A stretch of DNA of 64,000 nucleotides from Candidatus Binatia bacterium (GTDB lineage Bacteria > Desulfobacterota > Binatia > HRBIN30), in the NCBI GenBank assembly GCA_026415395.1, contig JAOAHD010000003.1, forward strand, positions 135,195-199,194, given 5' to 3'. Below, piece by piece: positions 55,818 through 64,000 of the stretch; within the stretch, counting starts at the first letter, position 1, and each line of letters opens with the position of its first letter. The notes under the pieces are model-generated. The model saw only the letters and a program-made list of their open reading frames with translations, searched no databases and was not told where the DNA came from. The position numbers and the translations under genes are program-made.

Positions 55818-57172
55818 GAGGGTGTTGGCTCGCTCTGCTGCTGCCGGCGGGCGGATAAGACCTTTTGGAGATTTTTTACCTCCTCTGGTCCCCACCGGAT
55901 ACGGCGCATCGTCACGAGCCCGAATGCGTGGGATGCAGCCTGCAATGGTCCAACCACCCAAAGAAGTTTCCAGGCCTCCACAGGGCTGAGGGGATCGCCG
56001 TTCCCGCCTCCGAGGATTGAAAGCAGTCCGCCGCCCAAGAGAGCGCCGAGCGCTCCCATTGTCTTCAAGCCTAGGGTCCAAATACCAAAGTATGCGCCTT
56101 CGCGACGCTCTCCGGTGTGCCACTCGTCAATGTCGATAATGTCGATCGCACTAGACATTGCTAATGTGATCGAGCCCATCGAGACGCCTCCCGCCGCGGC
56201 CAAAACGAGCATGGCACCGAGATTTCCCGGGGGTACGAGAAACCAGCCCCATGGCACCAGACAACCGAGACCGAGGCCAAAGAGCAGCGCTTGGTGTTTA
56301 CCGACTGCTTGGGACAACCCGCGCCACAAGGGGAACGAGCAGACGAACGCCAATCCGAACGTTAGCGCAATCGCCGGAAAAGAATCATAAAGTCCGAGCC
56401 AGTACTTGATCACGAATAGCTGGACCGCGTTCCCTAAGGATGCAGCCAGGGTCATCGCACAGAACACCGCGAAGATGCGCTGGAAGTCCACGTTTGCCAT
56501 TGTGCGCCGCAAGCCCATCCAAAAGTGCGTCCAGCTCGGTGACGGAGACGATGCACCCTTGGTTTCGCGCACGCCAAGGCCAGCAGCGAGGCCGCTCCCG
56601 GCCATGATGCAGCCGAGAGCTGCTGCCGCAACGGCAAAGCCGGTGCGTGCAGTTTCAAAGTGCCCCGCGATGGCGACCGGTAGAGCGGACCCCGCGAGCC
56701 CGCCGACTACGCCAAACAAGGCTCTCACCTGCACCACCGTTGTTCGTTCGTGATAGTCGTCCGTTAGTTCGGCGCTCCACGCCAGGTACGGCGTGGCGTA
56801 AAGGGTGAACACGGTCATTAAACCAACGTAAGCACAAACTAAGTAGACAAACACAGCGCCTTCCGACCACTGGGGAGGAGCGAAGAGAAAGTAGAAGCCG
56901 AGCGCGATGGGAATACTTGCGCCCACCACAAACGGGCGCCTTCTTCCCCAACGGGAGCGCCAAGTATCTGAAAGGTAGCCGACGATTGGGTCGGTAATGG
57001 CATCCCAAAACCTTCCCAAGAACAGTGCGGTGCCCACCAGGAACGGGGTGACCTGCACGATATCGACGTAGAAAAAGAGCAAGAACTGGCTGAGAGCCGC
57101 GTTTTTCGTGCTGACGGCTACCTCGCCAATTCCGTAGAGGAGTTTTGTGGGCCAGGATAAGCGCGCGCTCAC
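55799..57172 (-). CDS. MFS transporter, glycoside-pentoside-hexuronide (GPH):cation symporter family
   Basis: GPH signature GRFWDAITDPIVGYLSDTWRSRWGRRRPF. 12 predicted transmembrane helices. 457 aa. Confidence 0.8.
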   Translation of the reverse strand: MSARLSWPTKLLYGIGEVAVSTKNAALSQFLLFFYVDIVQVTPFLVGTALFLGRFWDAITDPIVGYLSDTWRSRWGRRRPFVVGASIPIALGFYFLFAPPQWSEGAVFVYLVCAYVGLMTVFTLYATPYLAWSAELTDDYHERTTVVQVRALFGVVGGLAGSALPVAIAGHFETARTGFAVAAAALGCIMAGSGLAAGLGVRETKGASSPSPSWTHFWMGLRRTMANVDFQRIFAVFCAMTLAASLGNAVQLFVIKYWLGLYDSFPAIALTFGLAFVCSFPLWRGLSQAVGKHQALLFGLGLGCLVPWGWFLVPPGNLGAMLVLAAAGGVSMGSITLAMSSAIDIIDIDEWHTGERREGAYFGIWTLGLKTMGALGALLGGGLLSILGGGNGDPLSPVEAWKLLWVVGPLQAASHAFGLVTMRRIRWGPEEVKNLQKVLSARRQQQSEPTPSQSTSR

Positions 57173-57590
57173 GGTCGAACCTCAATTGCTAGCCTGCGAC
57201 TCGCAGGGCGCCAAGCAGTCTTCCGATCGCCGGTCGGAATTCGCGGGCATTCCGCTCCTTTTAAATGGCTGCTGGACAGATATCCTCGCCGCGTTTGGCG
57301 CACCGGTCCACCCGCCTCCGTAGCTTCCGTTCGGAGTTAGGAATCAGGCTACATTCCCGGTCTAGTTATGCGCTCTATTCGCCGCTGAGCCTCGACAACT
57401 ATACCTTCACCAACTGACACCTAACGTTGCTTCTGGTAAAAGCGTCGTGGGGGCTGACGGTGCGCAACGCTTGTTCAGGTCGTTCTGACGGGATAAACGG
57501 ACAGTCAGTTCCGCAGTAAATGCACCGCAGTGAGGAGCTCGCGTAGGGGCAACGGACAGTCCAAATTCGTCTGAAGGGGACGAAGCCAGA

Positions 57591-59357
57591 ATGCAGGGAC
57601 CGTTAGGGCGCGCAACCGTAGCAGCGGCCGGCCAAACGCTTGCGTTGGGACGGGGGCTGGTTGCGGCTCTTCGAGGGGAAGGTGCGGCAGAGCGCTACGC
57701 GCAGGCGCAGGCCTCTGCCATGCAGAGCGCGGTGCCGTCAATCGCACGGGCTGTCTTGGTCATCATGTGTGGGTACGTCGTCGCCCAATTGTGGTTCCGG
57801 CCTGCGCAGGTGTGGGCGGCTTGGCCGGCGTACGTGGTTCAAATCGCAACGGCGGCTTTGCTGCTAGTGGGGATGAGGTCGACCTGGCTTCGGCATCGTG
57901 CCGAGACTGCGTTTGCCGTTGGCGAGTTCGCCTTTACTACCAGTCTCGTGCTGCAGCTTTTGAGCCCTGAGACGGCACCCGCCGGCATTGCTGGCTTCAT
58001 CGCAATCAAGTTGATGGCGACCGCTTTGTTTGTGCCCTGGCGTGCCCGCCGCCAGTACTTGTCGGTGGCTTACACACTGGCAATTTACGGATTGGCATTG
58101 GCGGCGGCGCCCCACCTCGCAAACGAAGACAAGAAGTTGCACCTAGTGGCCGTGCCCGTTATCGCGGGTCTCTTGTCGGCTCTGGGGACTGCGCGTGCCG
58201 TGGGATTGCGGCGGACATTGCTGGACCAGACAGCGGAGCGGGAAACGGCAGTGGCGCGCCTTCAGCTCGTGCTCGATTCGATGCCTGTTGGATGCATCAT
58301 CAGCGACGCGAGTCTCCGGTATGTCTATTGGAATCGGGCCGCCGAAGATATCTTCGGTTACAAGGTGGACGAGGTGGTGGGCAAAAGCGCCGTTGATGTG
58401 ATCACGCCGCCCCATCTGCGGGAATTGTCAGTTCGCGGTTTTGAAGAGCTAGCCCGCGAGGACCATATGCTCGGGCCTATGCGTTTGGAAAACGTGACCA
58501 AGGATGGGCGTACGATCGTATGCGAGTGGAGCGCGGTTGCACTCCGCAATCCCGATGGGTCGTTTGGTGGAATGTTGTCCATGTGCCAGGATGTTACTGA
58601 GAAGCACCGCGATGAGGAGGCAAGGCGAGAACTGATCGCGCAATTGCAAGAGTCAGATCGAGTTCGGGCGGCGTTTGTTGCCACGTTGTCGCATGAACTC
58701 CGTAGCCCCATCAATGTGATTCTTGGCTATCATGACTTATTACTAGAGGGCGTGTTTGGCCCCATCAGTAGCGAGCAAAGAGAAGTGATCGACCGAGTGG
58801 GACAAGCAGCGCGACAGCTTCTCGAGTTAGTGACGTCGACACTCGAGGTTAGCCGAGTCCAGGCCGGGCGCAGTGCACTGAACTTACAGTTAATCCATCC
58901 GGCGGCTCTTCTCGAGCAAATTCGCTTGGAAACTCGCGAAATGCAGGAGAAAGAAGGCGTGGAGGTCCAATGGCAGGTGCCGGAAGGTCTTCCGCCAATT
59001 TACAGTGATGCGGCGAAGCTGAAGGTGATTGTGAGGAACCTATTGTCCAATGCTTTGAAATACACGGATGAGGGTGTCGTGCGGATCAGGGCTGGAGAAG
59101 CTACGCGCGGGTTGGAAATCGAAGTTTCTGACACGGGGTATGGCATCCCACCAGATGCCCTACCCCACATTTTCGAGCCCTTCCGACAGTTCCATACACA
59201 CACTGGTAGTGCAGGGGCCGGCTTGGGGTTGTACTTGGTGCGTTTATTTGCTGATCTGATCGGCGCTCAGCTCAGCGTCCAGAGTGAAGTGGGTAAGGGA
59301 ACCACGTTCACAGTATCGATCCCATTGCAACCGCCAGGGACTTTGGTGCGACCGTGA
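57591..59357 (+). CDS. Membrane sensor histidine kinase with a PAS domain; orphan; paralog of the kinase at 32317-34185
   Basis: PAS LQLVLDSMPVGCIISDASLRYVYWNRAAEDIFGYKVDEVVGKSAVDV. H-box FVATLSHELRSPINVILGYHDLL. HATPase_c motifs SNALKYTDEGVVRI, DTGYGIPPDALPHIFEPF, GLGLYLVRLFADLIGA. Confidence 0.8.
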   Translation: MQGPLGRATVAAAGQTLALGRGLVAALRGEGAAERYAQAQASAMQSAVPSIARAVLVIMCGYVVAQLWFRPAQVWAAWPAYVVQIATAALLLVGMRSTWLRHRAETAFAVGEFAFTTSLVLQLLSPETAPAGIAGFIAIKLMATALFVPWRARRQYLSVAYTLAIYGLALAAAPHLANEDKKLHLVAVPVIAGLLSALGTARAVGLRRTLLDQTAERETAVARLQLVLDSMPVGCIISDASLRYVYWNRAAEDIFGYKVDEVVGKSAVDVITPPHLRELSVRGFEELAREDHMLGPMRLENVTKDGRTIVCEWSAVALRNPDGSFGGMLSMCQDVTEKHRDEEARRELIAQLQESDRVRAAFVATLSHELRSPINVILGYHDLLLEGVFGPISSEQREVIDRVGQAARQLLELVTSTLEVSRVQAGRSALNLQLIHPAALLEQIRLETREMQEKEGVEVQWQVPEGLPPIYSDAAKLKVIVRNLLSNALKYTDEGVVRIRAGEATRGLEIEVSDTGYGIPPDALPHIFEPFRQFHTHTGSAGAGLGLYLVRLFADLIGAQLSVQSEVGKGTTFTVSIPLQPPGTLVRP

Positions 59358-59360
59358 ATC

Positions 59361-59654
59361 TCAGCGTCGCCGTTTCCGCAGTTCCTCTTCGTAATACTGT
59401 CGGTAAAGGACCTCCCATTCGCGGCTACCCGGAGGGACCCGACGCGATAAGCTGGCGATCTTGCGGCGAACGAAGGCGTCGATCTGTTCGTCCACCTTGT
59501 GGTCCTGCTCGAGGACCCTTTTGATTTCATTCAGCGCTAGCCGCTGGTTACGCACCTCCGCCAGTCCCTCTCGCTGCAACGTCTCTAAAATGCGGTGGGC
59601 GAGGAACGATTTGCGCCCTTCTGAGAATTCCACGGTCACCTCGTCACAGCACAA
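59361..59654 (-). CDS. Hypothetical protein, possibly the C-terminal half of a split DUF507-like gene (tentative)
   Basis: 97 aa, charged helical sequence. It overlaps the next ORF by 11 bp in a different frame. The two together total about 188 aa, the size of DUF507-family proteins. Confidence 0.4.
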   Translation of the reverse strand: MCCDEVTVEFSEGRKSFLAHRILETLQREGLAEVRNQRLALNEIKRVLEQDHKVDEQIDAFVRRKIASLSRRVPPGSREWEVLYRQYYEEELRKRRR

Positions 59655-59919
59655 AGCCGCGTTCGCGAGCGAGTCGCTCCTTGATGCCGAGGACGAGCTT
59701 GCGCCGATCTAGGTCTTCGCGACCTCGTACGTATTGTTCTGCCATTTCCTCAGCCTCGCGTTCTAGCGCAGCCTCCTCCTCAAAATTTTGGTATAGCAGG
59801 TCAGCGACGCGCTGCTGGATTGTAAGCGGGTCTGTCTTGGGCAGAATCAAGTCACGGTCCGTTAAGGCTCTCACGATCGCTTGGGCAAGCGCTTGCACCT
59901 GGCCCGGTTTGACTCGCAT
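59644..59919 (-). CDS. Hypothetical protein, possibly the N-terminal half of a split DUF507-like gene (tentative)
   Basis: 91 aa, MRVKPGQVQALAQAIVRALTDRDLILPKTDPLTIQQRVADLLYQNFEEEAALEREAEEM. The family call is from memory of DUF507 N-termini and is not verified. Confidence 0.4.
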   Translation of the reverse strand: MRVKPGQVQALAQAIVRALTDRDLILPKTDPLTIQQRVADLLYQNFEEEAALEREAEEMAEQYVRGREDLDRRKLVLGIKERLARERGFVL

Positions 59920-59966
59920 GACTCTTGTTTACGGGAACAGTGCAATGCTGACAAGCCGCGCCTAAG

Positions 59967-60608
59967 CTAGCGTGCCTTCGCGTGAGATTTGCGTTTTGCA
60001 ACGGCGCGCTTGCGGCCACTCGCCGCCGACGTTGACTCGTGCTCATCCGCCCTCCCAGACTTCGCTCGGAGGCGTGCGAGCTTCCGCTCAACTGCGTGCA
60101 GGCTTTCCTCAATTCGATTGAGCTCTTTGCGGACGGCTGGGTGGGCGGCGAGTTTTTCCACTGACGCTCGCACCTGGGCGTCGATTCGCTGTTGCAGCAA
60201 TTCAAGCTGCTTCTGCGGCACCTCGAGAAGTTCCTCTAGCAGCTTTTTGCCGGCTGCGGCACGCGCGTCCGTAGCAGCCGTGAACTGCTGCATGCTCCGA
60301 TGCGCAAATTCCTCGATCGCTTCCCGCCCTCGCTCTACGCTGGACCGCAGCTCTTGCAGTGCCTCGCCACCTTGCTGAATCAGCCAGCGCAACACCGGAA
60401 TGGCGACTAACGGGCGCGGTTTTTTCTGCTCCTCAAAAATGATCTGGGCAAAGGTCACCGCGGTCAGATCCTCGCCAGTTTCGTTGTCCACCACACGCAC
60501 ATCTTCTCCCGCGCGTACCAGGCGAGCGATCCCCTCGAGGGTGACGTACCGACTCGTTGAAGTATCGTAAAGCTTGCGGTTGCCGTAGCGCTTGATGATT
60601 CGTGCCAT
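59967..60608 (-). CDS. phaR: Polyhydroxyalkanoate synthesis repressor PhaR
   Basis: N-terminal PHB/PHA regulator DNA-binding domain MARIIKRYGNRKLYDTSTSRYVTLEGIARLV and a C-terminal coiled-coil. Confidence 0.8.
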   Translation of the reverse strand: MARIIKRYGNRKLYDTSTSRYVTLEGIARLVRAGEDVRVVDNETGEDLTAVTFAQIIFEEQKKPRPLVAIPVLRWLIQQGGEALQELRSSVERGREAIEEFAHRSMQQFTAATDARAAAGKKLLEELLEVPQKQLELLQQRIDAQVRASVEKLAAHPAVRKELNRIEESLHAVERKLARLRAKSGRADEHESTSAASGRKRAVAKRKSHAKAR

Positions 60609-60732
60609 AACATTCGACGCTGTTCAGACCGAGTTGAGCCGCTATCACACGCTCCCTTGCCGATGCAACAGGTGCCTTCCCATGGCCCCGCCTGGCATAT
60701 GAGGAAGACACCTCAGCGGAGCCGGGGAACGG

Positions 60733-61731
60733 GTGAGCAATCGAGACGGCTTTTTCACTCGCTCCCGATGGTCTTTCGGGTTTCTGGACCTAACAGCGAA
60801 GGGCATACCCAACGGTCCTCAGTCGAGTGAGCCCGCAGGTGTGGTGGCGAGGATCACCAGTGCTACGGCTTGCAGGCACGTGTTGCCGCGGGTAGCGTCG
60901 GTTGCCGTGGCGGAAATTCGGCGCTTCGTTGTTGCGGCGGTTCAGTTGAACGCCTCGAGCGATAAGCAACAAAACCTCGACAAGGCGGAGGGATTTATTC
61001 GCGAGGCGGCGCGGGCTGGGGCCCGTCTTGTAGTTCTCCCGGAAGTGTTTTTTTGGCGTGGTTTACCTGAACAAGAGCGAGATGCTGCGGAGCCGATTCC
61101 AGGCCCAGCGGTGACTCGCATGGGGCGCTTAGCGCGTGATCTCGGTATCTACTTGCTTGCAGGCTCTATCTTGGAGCAAGCCGACGCCAGGTTGCCGTTC
61201 AATACCAGTGTGCTGCTCGATCCGGCCGGTGAAGTCGTCGCTCGCTATCGGAAAATCCATTTATTCGACGTGCATGTTCGGGGGCGTGTGGAGATCCAAG
61301 AATCTGCTCGTCGCTCGGCAGGAAATGACGTCGTTGTGGCCTGCACTCCCTTGGGAAACCTTGGGATCGCCATTTGTTACGATTTGCGTTTCCCCGAGTT
61401 GTTTCGTGCGCAAGCGGCAAAGGGGGCGGAGATTATTCTCTTGCCGTCTGCTTTCACCTTTGTCACCGGAGCAGCGCACTGGGAACCGCTGGTGCGGGCT
61501 CGAGCCATTGAGAACCAAGTTTACTTAGTGGCCCCGAATCAGATTGGCCGGGGCGAGGGTGGGGTGGAGAACTACGGCCACTCTTGTGTGGTGGATCCAT
61601 GGGGAGTGCTGTTGGCGCAGGCGCGGGACCAGGAATGTGTCGTCTATGCTGAGGTGGATCATGATTACCTCGAATCAGTCCGGAGGCAGTTGCCAGCGCT
61701 GCGTCACCGACGGCTCCGGGATGAGGCATGA
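60733..61731 (+). CDS. Carbon-nitrogen hydrolase (nitrilase superfamily, Nit/omega-amidase-like)
   Basis: Catalytic E-K-C triad context: VLPEVF (Glu), and GIAICYDLRFPELFR (Cys). The true start is probably downstream of the ORF-track start, near the conserved block VAAVQLNASS (nt about 60930). Confidence 0.85.
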   Translation: MSNRDGFFTRSRWSFGFLDLTAKGIPNGPQSSEPAGVVARITSATACRHVLPRVASVAVAEIRRFVVAAVQLNASSDKQQNLDKAEGFIREAARAGARLVVLPEVFFWRGLPEQERDAAEPIPGPAVTRMGRLARDLGIYLLAGSILEQADARLPFNTSVLLDPAGEVVARYRKIHLFDVHVRGRVEIQESARRSAGNDVVVACTPLGNLGIAICYDLRFPELFRAQAAKGAEIILLPSAFTFVTGAAHWEPLVRARAIENQVYLVAPNQIGRGEGGVENYGHSCVVDPWGVLLAQARDQECVVYAEVDHDYLESVRRQLPALRHRRLRDEA

Positions 61732-61797
61732 GCGACGCCCAAAAACTCAGGCGCCTGGATTGGCCCCGAAGGAAGGCGTTGCTAACACACTCGGGTC

Positions 61798-63066
61798 GTG
61801 GAGCGGACGAACAGACCCTCTTCTGGGCGGAAAGGCTTTTTCCGCGTGGTGCCCACTGATCGAGCTCGGGCATTGATCGCTGGGATTCGGCCGATCCGCG
61901 ACACGGAGCTCATCCACGTCAAAAATGCTGCGGGCCGTGTGCTTGCCGCCGCAGTGAAAGCGCGGGCAGATGTTCCGCATTTTGATCGTGCAGTGATGGA
62001 CGGTTACGCAGTGCGCGCTGCGGACACCTTCGGCGCTTCCGAAAGTCAGCCCGTTTACCTGCGCGTTGTTGGCTCAGTGGAGATGGGAAAAACGGTGAGG
62101 CGCCCTATCCACCAAGGGGAAGCCATGCGCATTAGCACTGGTGGGATGCTGCCTCCGGGTGCGGACGCCGTAGTGATGATCGAGTACACGGAGGAGCTAG
62201 GCGACGCGACGGCGGAAGTGCGCCGTGGGGTGGCACCCTGGGAGAATGTTCAGCGGGTGGGCGAAGATGTAAGACGGGGTTGCTTACTATTCGATAAGGG
62301 TTGGCGTTTACGCTCCTTCGATCTCGGAGGATTAACGGGTACTGGGGTTACCCACGTGCGCGTCTTCCGTAAACCACGTGTCGCCCTGATCTCCACAGGC
62401 GACGAAATCGTCCCGCCTGACGCCAAGCCCAAGCCCGGACAGGTCCGCAACATCAATGAGTACGCGCTGGTGCCCGTCCTGGAGGATGCCGGCGCAGCAG
62501 TGACTGATTACGGCGTCATTCGCGACGACGCGGAATTGTTTTCCCGCAGCCTGGCGAAGGCGCTCGAGTCGCACGATGCGGTCATGTTGTCGGGTGGCAG
62601 CTCCGTTGGGACGAAGGACATCACTCTTGCGAGCATTGCATCTTTGCCCGGAGCATCGGTGGCTTTTCATGGGATCTCCATTGCGCCGGGTAAACCGACA
62701 ATTCTTGCGTTCGCGATGAAGAAACCGATTTTGGGTATTCCCGGACACCCCATGTCGGCGTTAGTCATCGGGCTGCTGTATGCAGCTCCACTTGTACGCG
62801 TGCTTGGCGGGGAGCGACCAGAGCGTGTTTTCCAGCCTAAAAGCCGAGTTCGTGCAATCCTAAGCGAGCCGATCGCCTCCGCTCCCGGACGGGAGGATTA
62901 TGTCCGTGTCAAGCTGGAGGAAACCAACGGACTTCGGCGCGCGGTTCCAATGCCTGGAAAGTCCGCGTCGGTCTTCAACTTGATTCATGCCGACGGGCTA
63001 GTGGCCGTCCCCGCCTATGCTGAAGGACTCGAAGCAGGTACCGAGGTCGAAGTCCTCTTGCTTTAA
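61798..63066 (+). CDS. moeA: Molybdopterin molybdenumtransferase
   Basis: MoeA N-terminal and MoCF-biosynthesis domains: FDRAVMDGYAVRAAD, GEAMRISTGGMLPPGADAVVMIE, ISTGDEIVPP, LSGGSSVGTKD, GISIAPGKP. 422 aa. Confidence 0.9.
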   Translation: MERTNRPSSGRKGFFRVVPTDRARALIAGIRPIRDTELIHVKNAAGRVLAAAVKARADVPHFDRAVMDGYAVRAADTFGASESQPVYLRVVGSVEMGKTVRRPIHQGEAMRISTGGMLPPGADAVVMIEYTEELGDATAEVRRGVAPWENVQRVGEDVRRGCLLFDKGWRLRSFDLGGLTGTGVTHVRVFRKPRVALISTGDEIVPPDAKPKPGQVRNINEYALVPVLEDAGAAVTDYGVIRDDAELFSRSLAKALESHDAVMLSGGSSVGTKDITLASIASLPGASVAFHGISIAPGKPTILAFAMKKPILGIPGHPMSALVIGLLYAAPLVRVLGGERPERVFQPKSRVRAILSEPIASAPGREDYVRVKLEETNGLRRAVPMPGKSASVFNLIHADGLVAVPAYAEGLEAGTEVEVLLL

Positions 63067-63931
63067 GGATCCGCTGCCCTACCGCCGGACGCAGCGAGCA
63101 GCTCTTGGGCTTTCAGCCAGTTCTCTAGAATGGAGTTCACCTGCTCCGGTGCTTCTTGCTGCACCCAGTGAGACACGCCGGATAGATAGTGGAGTTCCAG
63201 ACTTTGAACGAATTGGTCGGTCCCGAAGGTGGTTTCTTTGCCCAATGCATCGTCTTCTTCTCGCCAAATCATCAGGGTGGGAACCTCGATTTGAGGATAC
63301 CCCAACTTGCGCTGCCGCGTAGCAACGCCCTGTAGTAATTCAGCATGGCGGTCAGGGCACCCGGGATCGCCGCATACTGAAGGTAAACACCGACGACTTC
63401 GGGTGGAAATCGCGCTGGGTTGCGGCTCATCCGGATGAAAGCCTGGCGAATCGCCAGAAAGTCAAACGCGGCAAGAGCCCACTCCGGTAGCCAAGGTAAC
63501 TGGAAAAATAATACGTACCACGAGCGAAGAAGTTGTTTTCCCCAGAGGGCGCGCTCCATCACCCCAGGATGGGGCAAGTTTAGGATCACCAGGCCGTCCA
63601 GAGGGCGAAGCCAGCGCATGGCAAAGTACCAAGCGATCAGCGCACCCCAGTCATGGCCTAAGAGCAATGTTGCCTCGCAGCGGCTCGCATCGACGAGAGT
63701 GCAAACGTCGTGCTGCGAGCATTCAATCGCATAGTCCTGAACCCGCGGTGGGCGAACACTCCCCCCGTAGCCTCGCAGGTCTGGTGCCCAGACCCGAAAA
63801 CCAAGCTCGGCCAGCAACGGCATTTGGTACCGCCAGGGGTACCAGCACTCCGGAAAGCCGTGCAGACATAGGGCGAGTCGATCCCCTAGTCCCAGTTCTG
63901 CCACGTGGAAGGCTGCGTCGTCCCTCGACAC
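63063..63931 (-). pseudogene. Alpha/beta hydrolase (epoxide-hydrolase-like fold) interrupted by a frameshift near 63272-63305
   Basis: N-terminal part 63272-63931 (LCLHGFPECWYPW...GHDWGALIAWYFAM, nucleophile elbow region). The C-terminal part continues in another frame at 63063-63305 (cap and His region ...VPTLMIWREEDDALG...GVSHWVQQEAPEQV). The two ORFs overlap by 34 nt. Confidence 0.55.
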
Positions 63932-64000
63932 TCATAGGTGCCGAACCCCCTTCACTTCGCCAGCGTACCATGTGCCTTTTGAGCTCATGACTAACGGTGT

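Overview
This is a GC-rich (about 60-65% by eye), gene-dense chromosomal segment of a diderm (two-membrane) bacterium. Nearly all of it is housekeeping operons, and I found no CRISPR array, transposase, integrase, phage genes or recognisable defence genes.

Gene content, left to right:
- 1-6.4 kb: a sigma-54 enhancer-binding regulator, a cytochrome P450, and a convergent three-component polar-amino-acid ABC importer (fused binding-protein/permease plus ATPase).
- 6.4-10.9 kb: a roughly 1,440-aa secreted subtilisin-like (S8) protease carrying FG-GAP beta-propeller repeats, a Pro/Thr-rich linker and a C-terminal membrane-anchor or sorting-tag-like tail.
- 10.9-24.7 kb: a complete type II secretion operon on the minus strand, in the canonical order gspC-D-E-F-G-H-I-J-K-L-M-N, with translationally coupled junctions and an atypically long secretin GspD.
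- 24.8-31.8 kb: erpA/iscA, then a tetrapyrrole cluster (sirC, hemX/ccsA-like, hemA, hemC, a cobA-hemD fusion, hemB), then infA.
- 32-36.7 kb: an orphan GAF histidine kinase, a basic histone H1-like-tail protein, dksA and dxr.
- 36.7-42.5 kb: nadB, tRNA-Ala(CGC), an acyl-CoA dehydrogenase, a patatin-like lipase and a deoxyhypusine-synthase-like gene.
- 42.5-49.6 kb: a System I cytochrome c maturation locus (ccmA-B-C-D, then E-F-H) interrupted by yacG and lpxA, lacking ccmG, and ending with a zinc-ribbon membrane protein.
- 49.7-55.8 kb: yceD, rpmF, fabD, fabG, acpP, glyA, copC and a copD-like gene.
- 55.8-64 kb: a GPH-family MFS transporter, a second orphan PAS histidine kinase, a possibly split DUF507-like pair, phaR, a carbon-nitrogen hydrolase, moeA and a frameshifted alpha/beta hydrolase.

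The most interesting non-obvious structures, in order:
1. A coherent sigma-54 regulatory module upstream of the P450. The enhancer-binding regulator is followed by a 10-bp perfect dyad (a candidate enhancer site), then a GG-N10-GC sigma-54 promoter-like element about 40 bp before the P450 start.
2. The giant protease-propeller protein with a non-canonical C-terminal sorting tail, sitting convergent to the end of the type II secretion operon.
3. The GspD secretin, which has a Gly-rich insertion and a 215-aa C-terminal extension.
4. Two paralogous orphan histidine kinases with no response regulator in the window.
5. The ccm locus with foreign-looking lpxA/yacG inserts and a Cys-rich CcmH variant.

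I do not see convincing evidence of a wholly novel multi-gene system in this window. The sigma-54/P450 module and the protease/type II secretion pairing are the best candidates for follow-up.
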